Assembly (NCBI RefSeq): GCF_002803295.2
Contig: NZ_PGGB02000003.1
Location: 60,210 to 92,209 of the forward strand
From: Caedibacter taeniospiralis
Lineage (GTDB): Bacteria; Pseudomonadota; Gammaproteobacteria; Francisellales; Francisellaceae
Length of the DNA: 32,000 nt
Direction: 5' to 3'
Shown here: positions 21,986 to 30,059 of the stretch, piece after piece
Layout: every line of letters begins with the position of its first letter
How positions within the stretch are numbered: the first letter of the stretch is position 1
Translations under genes and position numbers: made by a program
The notes under the pieces: generated by a model
What the model was told of the DNA's origin: nothing
Databases searched by the model: none
The model's input: the letters and a program-made list of their open reading frames with translations, nothing else

Positions 21986-22369
21986 ATGTATACCAATGAA
22001 ATTGATTCACGCTTAAAATTGATTCTTTCTGCACAAGTTGACATGCTTGATGAGCTTGAAAAAGTGTGGATGTCAGGCTATGCCCATGGCAGACAAAATC
22101 AATCTGAAGACTCAAATCCTTTCCCTGAAAATACGATTGAGGGCAACTATTGGGCTGAGGGCTTTGAAGCGGGGGAGTTTGGCGATGAGCCGCTTTTCCC
22201 GCAATACATTTCGCTCTTAAGTGAAGAGCTGGCTACTGAGAATGCCCCTGAAATCGAGAATCGCAAGAGGTTTCACTTGGATAAAATAGATGGTCTACTG
22301 GCAACAACTGGCGTTACTGTTGCCGCCGCCTCATTGGTCGCTGCAGCATTAATTAATTTTATGGCTTAA
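21986..22369 (+). CDS. Hypothetical protein with RMF/CrpP-like GY..GR...NP..W..GF motif and C-terminal hydrophobic segment
   Basis: [44 protein letters not shown], then C-terminal [24 protein letters not shown]. The family assignment rests on a short motif only. Confidence 0.6.
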   Translation: MYTNEIDSRLKLILSAQVDMLDELEKVWMSGYAHGRQNQSEDSNPFPENTIEGNYWAEGFEAGEFGDEPLFPQYISLLSEELATENAPEIENRKRFHLDKIDGLLATTGVTVAAASLVAAALINFMA

Positions 22370-22370
22370 C

Positions 22371-22496
22371 ATGCAACGTACGCGAATTAAAATATGTGGT
22401 ATTACAAACCTTGAAGACGCACTTTTTGCCATCAATTGCGGCGCAGATGCACTGGGGTTGAGTCACAAAAAGGCATTAAATCTCATGCCAAAATAA
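22371..22496 (+). pseudogene. 5' fragment of phosphoribosylanthranilate isomerase (trpF)
   Basis: Manual translation: [49 protein letters not shown]...DAL.A...GADALG is the TrpF N-terminus; the rest of the barrel is missing. Confidence 0.85.
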
Positions 22497-22542
22497 AAGC
22501 ATTTTGTGATGCGGTCTATCAAACATACGGTTAATCGATTTT

Positions 22543-22893
22543 ATGCGCTTGCCTTCAATTCTTCAAAATTCACTCAGCATAAACAGCGAAATCTCTCAGC
22601 TTAAGCTTGTACTCTTTTTCGATCCAGAGCTCACCTTTTTCAAAGGTCATTTCAACGATGCCCCCATTTTACCAGGTATTGCACAAGCCGATTTTGTAAT
22701 CGAATTTGCTGCACGGTTTCTTGAGGTTGATAAGACCCATATTACAAGCATCCCACAGCTTAAATTTAGTAAGGTTATTTTACCCGGAATGATCCTGCAT
22801 TTATGTATTGAGAAACATGAGAAGCGACTGGTTTTTAGCTACCGTGACGATCAGGAAAACACTTATTCCAGCGGAAAAATCACCCTATGCTAA
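22543..22893 (+). CDS. FabZ/ApeI-like 3-hydroxyacyl-ACP dehydratase (hotdog fold)
   Basis: FFKGHFNDAPILPGIAQADFVIEFAARFL...ITSIPQLKFSKVILPGMILHLCI; characteristic of the ApeI-type dehydratase family. Confidence 0.8.
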   Translation: MRLPSILQNSLSINSEISQLKLVLFFDPELTFFKGHFNDAPILPGIAQADFVIEFAARFLEVDKTHITSIPQLKFSKVILPGMILHLCIEKHEKRLVFSYRDDQENTYSSGKITLC

Positions 22894-23642
22894 AACCTGC
22901 TTTTTTAATCCCTGTTTATAATCACGGTGATACCCTGCTTGATGTGATTAGCCAGATAGCACTTTATGAGCTTCCTTGTTTGGTTGTTGATGATGGCAGT
23001 GATACGCAGACGAAAGCGCTGATTCATAACGTGGTTATGCAGTTTGACTGGGTAACCTGTATTACCCTGCCTTATAATGGCGGCAAGGGTGCAGCAATCC
23101 TTGCTGGATTTGCTCAGTTATTACAGCAGGGTTATTCGCATGCCATTCAGCTAGATGCCGATAATCAGCATCAGGTGGCTGATGTTGCGAAGTTTATTGA
23201 TCTACTTAATGCGCACCCTCAAAGTCTTATCTCAGGGATGCCTGTTTATGATGACAGCGCACCGAAATCGCGCCTATATGGCAGAAAGATTACCAATTTT
23301 TGGGTTAGCATTGAAACCTGGAGTACGCAACTTGTTGAAAGCATGTGTGGCTTCCGTGTTTACCCACTTCTGTGCTTAGTAAAGATTCTGCCTAAAATAT
23401 CAGGTCGTCGCATGGACTTTGACATTGAAATCATCGTTAAAGCCTACTGGCACAGTATCGACATTTGCTACATTAAAACGCAGGTTACCTATCCTGCTAA
23501 GGGGAAGTCTCACTTTCGGCTATGGCGTGATAATGTCCGCATTTCCTGGCTACACACTCGACTGTTTCTTTCGATGTTTTACTATATGCCTCGACTTCGT
23601 TTAATGCGTCTTTGCAAAACCTCTGTCACAGCTTACAAATAA
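22887..23642 (+). CDS. Family 2 glycosyltransferase (DPM/APE-cluster-like)
   Basis: AFLIPVYNHGDTLLDVISQI...CLVVDDGSDTQTKALI...LPYNGGKGAAILAGFAQLL...HAIQLDADNQHQV; overlaps the preceding dehydratase gene by 7 nt. Confidence 0.85.
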   Translation: MLKPAFLIPVYNHGDTLLDVISQIALYELPCLVVDDGSDTQTKALIHNVVMQFDWVTCITLPYNGGKGAAILAGFAQLLQQGYSHAIQLDADNQHQVADVAKFIDLLNAHPQSLISGMPVYDDSAPKSRLYGRKITNFWVSIETWSTQLVESMCGFRVYPLLCLVKILPKISGRRMDFDIEIIVKAYWHSIDICYIKTQVTYPAKGKSHFRLWRDNVRISWLHTRLFLSMFYYMPRLRLMRLCKTSVTAYK

Positions 23643-23681
23643 TCACAAGATACTTAACGACATACTCATTTGCTCTGACAG

Positions 23682-23774
23682 TAGTGCGGTGGATAAGTCG
23701 AAGGCGCATCCACCAATACCTAACTTGTTTGCTTTTTCGCGTGGATGCGCCTTCGGCCTATCGTCCCTACACTA
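23682..23774. mobile_element. MITE-like palindromic element (about 93 bp)
   Basis: 5' TAGTGcggtgGATAAGTCGAAGGCGCATCCAC is inverted as GTGGATGCGCCTTCGGCCTATCgtccctaCACTA; arms near-identical over ~22 bp, extending to TAGTG/CACTA termini. Confidence 0.75.
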
Positions 23775-23809
23775 GTTTAGATACTGTATCAGGAGTTCTA
23801 TCTGTTGCA

Positions 23810-24232
23810 TTAACTGGTTAGAACTGCGGTTTTCCTGCCCAACTGATCTCTGAGTTTCTCAACAATCTCTTTGTTCGCCTCTGGCATTTCGATTGTATCA
23901 AGCTGAGAAATATGCACCCATTTTCCTTCTTGTGACTCTTGCGGAGTTGGAATGCCGAAGTAGCTTGAAACAATAAAACAATGTAGCTCAACCGCTTTAT
24001 GCGCATAACTATACTGCTTAATCAATAAGGGGACAAACTGCTTCACCTCGATGCCAATTTCCTCTTTTAGCTCACGATAAAGCGCATCCCCAACTGACTC
24101 ACCATCCTCAATTTTTCCGCCGGGAAATTCCCACATTCCTGCTAAATCCTGATTTGATCGACGTTTTGTTAAAAAAACTTGATTTTTTTGGTCATTTAAC
24201 ATGACTCCAACGACAACTTTGATTAAAATCAT
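23810..24232 (-). CDS. mutT: MutT-like NUDIX hydrolase (8-oxo-dGTP diphosphatase)
   Basis: MWEFPGGKIEDGESVGDALYRELKEEIGIEV = Nudix box GX5EX7REUXEEXGU. Confidence 0.88.
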   Translation of the reverse strand: MILIKVVVGVMLNDQKNQVFLTKRRSNQDLAGMWEFPGGKIEDGESVGDALYRELKEEIGIEVKQFVPLLIKQYSYAHKAVELHCFIVSSYFGIPTPQESQEGKWVHISQLDTIEMPEANKEIVEKLRDQLGRKTAVLTS

Positions 24233-24270
24233 ACTTACCTCGCACCAATAAACTTAATCAGATTGAAAAC

Positions 24271-24843
24271 ATGCCTTACAGCTTAACAAACCAGTTTTTA
24301 ATTGCCATGCCTAATTTGCACGATCACGCCTTTGAGCATTCGGTTATCGTCATGTGTCAAGATAATGACAAGGGCGCTATGGGCTTTATGATCAATAAAC
24401 CGCTTAAACATAAACTAAAAGACTTATTTAAAGAACTTAAAATTGACTACAGCATGACCAATCATGACATCCTCGCCAAGCATATTCATATTGGCGGACC
24501 CGTGAATATTGATAATATTTTTGTCCTGTATCGCACACCTTATAACCATGAATATAAGGAAAGTACCAGGATAGCGGGTGAGTTGACAGTGACTACAAGC
24601 CCAGATATTTTACACGACATTGCCCAAAACGTTACCCCCTCTCAGTATCTGGTGATTGCAGGTTGTGCCAATTGGCAGCAGAATCAGTTATTGAGTGAGA
24701 TCAAACAAAACAGCTGGCTTAATACGCAAATTAATTATGATATTTTGTTTGCCAAGGAAGATCATTTTAAATGGGAACAAACCTTTAATTTAGCTGGATT
24801 AAGAAGTCCAGCACAGCTTGCTCCGGGCTTTGGGCATGCGTAA
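24271..24843 (+). CDS. yqgE: YqgE/AlgH family (UPF0301) protein
   Basis: LTNQFLIAMPNLHDHAFEHSVIVMCQDNDKGAMGFMINKPL...HIGGPVNIDNIFVL...FGHA; adjacent to ruvX as commonly found. Confidence 0.92.
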   Translation: MPYSLTNQFLIAMPNLHDHAFEHSVIVMCQDNDKGAMGFMINKPLKHKLKDLFKELKIDYSMTNHDILAKHIHIGGPVNIDNIFVLYRTPYNHEYKESTRIAGELTVTTSPDILHDIAQNVTPSQYLVIAGCANWQQNQLLSEIKQNSWLNTQINYDILFAKEDHFKWEQTFNLAGLRSPAQLAPGFGHA

Positions 24844-25246
24844 ATTCTTGGGGATTGACTTTGGTCACTCACGCATTGGCATTGCCAGTGGACAAATGAT
24901 TACCAAAACGGCAACTCCCATTGCAACCATCCCCGCTAGACAAGGTGAACCTCAATGGTCAGAACTGGATCAAATTATTAAAAAATGGAAACCTAATGAC
25001 ATCATTATCGGCTTACCCATTGATGCCAAAGATCAGGAGACCAGGATCACCGAAGAAGCGCGTGTATTTGCCGAAAAAATCAAACTGCGTTATCAAAAGC
25101 CTGTACATCTGATCTCTGAAGCCTTTTCTACACGTGAGGCACGTTGGCGCTTGGAAGAGGTGCAGAATAGATCCAACCGCCACCTAAAAGTTGACTCATT
25201 TGCGGCGTGCGTGATCTTAGAAACATGGATGAATGAGCAGGTATAG
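24836..25246 (+). CDS. ruvX: Putative pre-16S rRNA nuclease / Holliday junction resolvase YqgF (RuvX)
   Basis: MRKFLGIDFGHSRIGIASGQ...DIIIGLPIDAKDQE...AFSTREARWRLEE; overlaps yqgE by 8 nt. Confidence 0.92.
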   Translation: MRKFLGIDFGHSRIGIASGQMITKTATPIATIPARQGEPQWSELDQIIKKWKPNDIIIGLPIDAKDQETRITEEARVFAEKIKLRYQKPVHLISEAFSTREARWRLEEVQNRSNRHLKVDSFAACVILETWMNEQV

Positions 25247-25249
25247 ATA

Positions 25250-25346
25250 CTGGAGTTACGTACTCTCACAAACTTTGTAGTTTAGAAAACACCCCGTCAA
25301 CCTGCAGCTGCCACCCCTCTTTCCAAGAGGGGGGAAAAAGCTCCAG
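25250..25346 (+). repeat. Hairpin-bearing dispersed repeat copy C
   Basis: Starts CTGGAGTTAC (25250-25259), contains ACACCCCGTCAACCTGCAGCTGCCACCCCTC (cf. CTACCCCTTCAGCCTGCGGCTGCCACCCCTT in copy A), hairpin CCCCTCTT/AAGAGGGG, ends CTCCAG (25341-25346), inverse of the initial CTGGAG. Confidence 0.65.
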
Positions 25347-25557
25347 AAAAGTGTGCCATTCCGCATCAAATACTCATAAAGCAATGCAAATGCAACGGGC
25401 GCACTTCTAAAATCATCAACCAAGGTGGTACTGTCATGTTTGTCAGTATCATTCTAACCTTAAATATTTGACGGTATCGTAAAATTTTACTCGCACGCAA
25501 AAAGCGGGTGTATCCATTTTTTAAATGGTTCTATTAATGGTTTAATCCTCTATTCAT

Positions 25558-25632
25558 GGTGTCCCGAGCAGGAATCGAACCTGCATCTAGCCCTTAGGAG
25601 GGGCTTGTTCTATCCGTTGAACTATCGGAACA
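25558..25632 (-). tRNA. tRNA-Arg (anticodon CCT) with encoded CCA
   Basis: Reverse complement GTTCCGATAGTTCAACGGATAGAACAAGCCCCTCCTAAGGGCTAGATGCAGGTTCGATTCCTGCTCGGGACACCA folds as a cloverleaf: acceptor GTTCCGA/TCGGGAC, D stem GTTC/GAAC, anticodon stem AGCCC-CTCCTAA-GGGCT, T arm GCAGG-TTCGATT-CCTGC. Confidence 0.95.
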
Positions 25633-25744
25633 AACGCACGCGGGATGATGCCTGAAAAGTCGGCTATGTTCAAGTGGGTAGTGGCTATTAATGCCAAGAA
25701 AAACTACCTTGTGTTATGTGCTGACAGCGATTACAATACCGCTC

Positions 25745-25879
25745 ACAACAGGGGTGCAAGTGCTGCATTATTGCTGGTGTTTACGTGTAAAATATCAGAA
25801 AAATGTGAGGCATAACTGCTGAGAAGGTTTGTCCTAACCCTTTGTACCTGAACTGGTTAATACTAGCGTAGGAAGTTGT
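25745..25879 (+). promoter_or_regulatory. TPP riboswitch (THI element)
   Basis: ACAACAGGGGTGCAAGTGC...CTGCTGAGAAGGTTTGTCCTAACCCTTTGTACCTGAACTGGTTAATACTAGCGTAGGAAGTTGT. Conserved GGGGTGC, CTGAGA, ACCCTTT, ACCTGAxCTGGTTAATACxAGCGTAGG blocks and closing CAAC/GTTG P1; 50 nt upstream of the next start codon. Confidence 0.94.
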
Positions 25880-25928
25880 ATGCACTTATATGCTTTACCA
25901 CTTTCTAGGCAAATAAAAGGGGAAAAGC

Positions 25929-26549
25929 ATGGAATACATTGGTCATATCAGCATTAACATCTCATTTGTAATTTACTGCATTTATTTTTTGCCGCAGATT
26001 GTTTACAACCAGATCAAACACCAGGCGAATCGTATCAGTCATAGTACACACCTGCTGATGGTCAGCGCGAATGTGCTGGATTTGGTTTATGGCTTTGGCT
26101 TTCAATTACAATGGCAATACAAAATGGTGACAATTCTCACACTGGTGTGTTTGTTGTTTCAACAATGGCAGATATATAGAGATAGTGGGCAAAAGCGTTA
26201 CCCATTTCATATTTTACTGCTAGCGATTATTGCCTCTGGTGTGACATTGCTAAACCTCAAGATTTTAAGCGTTGGCATGCTGGAGAAAGTGGGATTTGTG
26301 AGCATGTTTTGTTATGCCATATATTGGGTACCACAAATTATTAAAAACATTAACGAGAAAAATTCAACAGCGTTTAGTGTGATTTTCTTATTGCTTAATG
26401 TGCTCGCGTTGATATGCGACGAAATTTCGGCTCTCAGTTTTAACTGGCCGTTACCAAGTGTCATCAGTCCAATGGTCATCTTGAGTCTATTATGTATTAT
26501 GGTTGCCCAGCACTACTACTATCAACGTCTGAGAATGATTATTGATTAG
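25929..26549 (+). CDS. PQ-loop family multi-pass membrane protein; candidate thiamine/thiamine-precursor transporter
   Basis: Two PQ-loop motifs in a ~7-TM architecture: VIYCIYFLPQIVYNQIKHQANRISHST and MFCYAIYWVPQIIKNINEKNSTAFSVIF; directly downstream of the TPP riboswitch. Confidence 0.88.
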   Translation: MEYIGHISINISFVIYCIYFLPQIVYNQIKHQANRISHSTHLLMVSANVLDLVYGFGFQLQWQYKMVTILTLVCLLFQQWQIYRDSGQKRYPFHILLLAIIASGVTLLNLKILSVGMLEKVGFVSMFCYAIYWVPQIIKNINEKNSTAFSVIFLLLNVLALICDEISALSFNWPLPSVISPMVILSLLCIMVAQHYYYQRLRMIID

Positions 26550-26643
26550 TACGGTTTCAGTACGATATGGATGATTTTAATATACAAGTAAGCAAAATTG
26601 AGTATGCTTGCAGTTATTCTAAAGATCTTGTGGATTATTACTT

Positions 26644-27808
26644 ATGGCTATCTCTGAATTAGAACGCTACAAGGCAAGTAAACATGTGACCGTTGTCGGT
26701 ATGTTTGTCAACACATCTTTGGCAGTGCTTAAAATGCTGGTAGGTTTAATTGGGCGCTCTCCTGCTTTATTTGCTGATGGTGTACATTCTTTATCTGATT
26801 TGTTAAGTGATATTATGGTACTGTTTGCATGCCAAGCATGCTAACAAGGGTGCGGATGGTAACCACCCTTATGGTCATGAGCGCATTGAAACTTTGGCAA
26901 CCGTTATCTTATCCATCATCTTAATTTTGGTGGCATTACTCATTACCCATCACGCCTTGTCTAACTGGTATTTGGGCGTTTTAGCCATACCTGATCAGTG
27001 GACGATTTATGCCGCTATTTTGTCGATTGTAGCCAACGAAGGGTTGTTTCGTTATACCATGGTTACGGCTAATCGCATCAATTCAGATCTATTGCGGGCT
27101 AATGCCTGGCATAGCAGATCAGATATGTGGTCGTCAGTGGTTGTGCTAGTAGGGTTGATTGGTAGCATGTTTGGTCTTATGTGGATGGATGCAATAGCCG
27201 CCGTGATTGTATCCATTATGATTGGAAAAATGGGCGTTACCTGGTGCTATAGGGCGCTTTCAGAGCTTGTGGATACAGGAGTTGATGAAGAGACATTACA
27301 CCGCATTGAAGAGACAATCAGGAAAGTGGATGGTGTTCGACACTATCATTGCTTGCGGACACGCAAAATGGCGGGGCAAATCGTATTAGATGTACATGTG
27401 TTGGTGGAGCCTCATATTACCGCATCAGAGGGGCACTATATCGCTGAGCATGTCAGAGGAGCTTTGGCATTAAAGATTAAAAATGTGAAAGATATTACCA
27501 TCCATGTTGATGTTGTTGAGCATCCTGAGCAAGTAGTAGACCCCAAACATATGCCCCCTAAGCGTCAGGAAATTTTGCGGCAGTTGGAAAGCTTTATCAC
27601 AAAAAACAATCAAACCGTTGATTTATGTCAAATTGAAATGTTTGTCTATTACTATCCCAGGGAGATTAAGTTATACTTGCTAGCGCAAGCTAAAGAGTTA
27701 AAAATATTGCAGGGGGTCAATGTTGAGCGCTTTAAAATAGAAGGCGTTTCAGTGACTCATGTGAGGCTCTTTGGTGGTTTACAAGATAATAATTCAACAG
27801 ATAAATAA
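26644..27808 (+). pseudogene. Cation diffusion facilitator (CDF/FieF-like) transporter interrupted by an apparent +1-nt frameshift
   Basis: ORF 26644-26844 ends ...SDLLSDIMVLFACQAC*; ORF 26807-27808 continues in another frame as KHANKGADGNHPYGHERIETLATV.... Removing one C at 26832/26833 restores ...VLFACKHANKGADGNHPYGHERIE. Confidence 0.85.
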
Positions 27809-27822
27809 AGGTGACTTAACAT

Positions 27823-28989
27823 ATGCATAGTTTGGTGTTTGTATTCTTTCTAGTGTTCTTCGGTGCTTCTGTATTTGCAACCCTGGCACTTTACACGCGC
27901 CAGGCAATTGTTGTTGCTTATATTGTTTTGGGCGTCGTTGTTGGACCTTATTGTTTGGGATTAATTTCCGATATAACTATTGTGCATGAGATTTCTGATA
28001 TTGGCATCATGTTCCTCTTGTTTTTGCTCGGGCTTAACTTAGAAATTGAAAGTATGATCAAAATGCTCGGTAGGGCGTTGTTTGTTTGTATTATCAGCAG
28101 TCTTGTATTTGTTGTTGCAACCGTGGCTATATGCTATCTGTTTGGCATTGGGGCGCAAGGTTTTATCATTGGGGCAGCGCTGATTTTCTCAAGCACGATC
28201 ATCTGTTTAAAGCTTTTACCAACAACGGCGTTGCATCACAAACGAATTGGTGAACTTGTGATTGCAATTCTACTAATTCAAGATTTGCTTGCAATCTTAA
28301 TGCTGACTTTTATGAGCTTGTGGTCATCACAAACAGAAAGTTTTCATTTGTTCTCACTGATTAAATTACTTTTAGCTTTGCCTGTATTAGGGGGCGTAGG
28401 GTATTTAGCGCAGAAATATTTTCTGTTCAGGCTGTTTAGGAGATTTAGCCGCTTCCAGGAATATATTTTCTTATTGTCAATTGGATGGTGTATCGGTATG
28501 GCGCAACTGGCTGTGGTATTTGGTTTATCCAATGAGATTGGCGCATTTATTGCAGGTGTGACTGTTGCAAGCTCACCGATTGCTAAATATATCTATGAGA
28601 ATCTGAAGCCACTAAGAGATTTCTTTTTAATCCTGTTTTTCTTTTCCGTGGGAGCAGGTTTCCAAATTTCTCTTTTGCCATCGGTATGGGGCGTGGTACT
28701 TGTGCTAGCGGTACTTGTTTTGGTATTAAAGCCAATCCTGCATTTTGTTACTCTATGGTTTGTACGTGAAACGCCAAAAGAGTCCTTAGAAATAGGTGTG
28801 CGCTTGGGGCAAGGCAGTGAGTTTTCACTAATGCTTATTGCTTTGGCAAGTACCGCGGGTATTGCCTCAGCGGATGCTCAAATTATCGTAGAGGCAGTGG
28901 CTATTCTAAGCTTTATTGTATCGTCATATCTTGTGGTATTGACGTATCCAAGCCCGATTGCAGTTTCAGATCGTTTAAGAAGGGACTAA
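27823..28989 (+). CDS. Kef-type (CPA2) monovalent cation:proton antiporter, membrane domain only
   Basis: YIVLGVVVGPYCLGLISD, GIMFLLFLLGLNLEIESM, SSTIICLKLLP, GAFIAGVTVASSPIAKYIYENLKPLRDFFLILFFFSVG; no C-terminal TrkA-N/RCK domain. Confidence 0.88.
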   Translation: MHSLVFVFFLVFFGASVFATLALYTRQAIVVAYIVLGVVVGPYCLGLISDITIVHEISDIGIMFLLFLLGLNLEIESMIKMLGRALFVCIISSLVFVVATVAICYLFGIGAQGFIIGAALIFSSTIICLKLLPTTALHHKRIGELVIAILLIQDLLAILMLTFMSLWSSQTESFHLFSLIKLLLALPVLGGVGYLAQKYFLFRLFRRFSRFQEYIFLLSIGWCIGMAQLAVVFGLSNEIGAFIAGVTVASSPIAKYIYENLKPLRDFFLILFFFSVGAGFQISLLPSVWGVVLVLAVLVLVLKPILHFVTLWFVRETPKESLEIGVRLGQGSEFSLMLIALASTAGIASADAQIIVEAVAILSFIVSSYLVVLTYPSPIAVSDRLRRD

Positions 28990-29043
28990 CTAACTTGAGT
29001 CGCTAATGGCGTTATTTATTTTAAGAAACTTGGCTTACCAGTC

Positions 29044-29970
29044 TTAAAACAACTGATACAAAATTGCCTGGCGCATAAAAACACCATTTTTAGCCTGCTG
29101 AAAATACCAGGCATACTTGGTCGCATCAACGGAGTTGCAAATTTCCTGCACGCGTGGCAAGGGGTGCATCACAATTAAATCATCATGCGCCTGCTCCTTT
29201 AACATATTCGCTGTCAAGGTGTAGCCCATTTCGTGCATCTCGTTCTCGCTAAAGCGCTCCTTCTGTAAGCGCGTCATATACAATACATCCACGTGAGCAA
29301 TGACTTCTTCCAGCTCATCCACACAGTGGAATCTGACGTTTTTTTCTTGAAGCTTCTGCGTGATTTCATGCGGGATTTGTAAAGATTGAGGAGACACGTA
29401 ATAGATGGTGATGCCTTTATAATTCATCAGGGCATAGCTTAATGAATGCACGGTCCTGCCGTAGCGCAAATCTCCAATCATTGCAATTTTTATGCCATCA
29501 ATCTCTCCAAATTTTTGCTTGATCGTAAACAAATCGAGCAGGGTCTGCGAGGGATGTTCATTCGCGCCATCACCCGCATTCACAATGGGAATTGTTGAAA
29601 TAGACGCCGCTAACTCAGCACTTCCTGCATCAAAGTGTCGCATCACAATCGCATCAGCATATCCATTTAACATTTGAATGGTATCGCTAAAGCTCTCTCC
29701 TTTTTTGCCAAACGAGGTATTATGCGCGTCAACAAACCCGATAACATCAGCACCCAAACGGTGAATGGCCGCTTCAAAGGATAAGCGTGTCCTCGTTGAG
29801 GCCTCAAAGAAACAACTGGCAATAATCTTCCCTGTTAAGGTATTTAACAGTTTTCCCTGATACGCATCGTGCGCCAATGAAATGAGATGATCCAGGTCAT
29901 GACGCTGCAAGGTCTTGATACCAACCAGATGTCTCACGGTATTTTTTTTTGAGAGCACGGTATTAAGCAT
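29044..29970 (-). CDS. pyrB: Aspartate carbamoyltransferase catalytic subunit
   Basis: FFEASTRTRLSFEAAIHRLGADVIGF, GDGANEHPSQTLLDLFTI, IGDLRYGRTVHSL, VMHPLPRV motifs. Confidence 0.93.
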   Translation of the reverse strand: MLNTVLSKKNTVRHLVGIKTLQRHDLDHLISLAHDAYQGKLLNTLTGKIIASCFFEASTRTRLSFEAAIHRLGADVIGFVDAHNTSFGKKGESFSDTIQMLNGYADAIVMRHFDAGSAELAASISTIPIVNAGDGANEHPSQTLLDLFTIKQKFGEIDGIKIAMIGDLRYGRTVHSLSYALMNYKGITIYYVSPQSLQIPHEITQKLQEKNVRFHCVDELEEVIAHVDVLYMTRLQKERFSENEMHEMGYTLTANMLKEQAHDDLIVMHPLPRVQEICNSVDATKYAWYFQQAKNGVFMRQAILYQLF

Positions 29971-30059
29971 GATCTGTCCCTAAACGTTATGAGTTCTACT
30001 ATGAATGTCTGACAAACGCCGCTATGCTAGCAAGAAAAAAATCAAGCGTATATCAAAAC

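Noticed and set aside
24818-24835. Upstream start of the YqgF/RuvX ORF (MLRALG prefix)
   Set aside because: The conserved N-terminus MRKFLGIDFGHSRIG starts at 24836.
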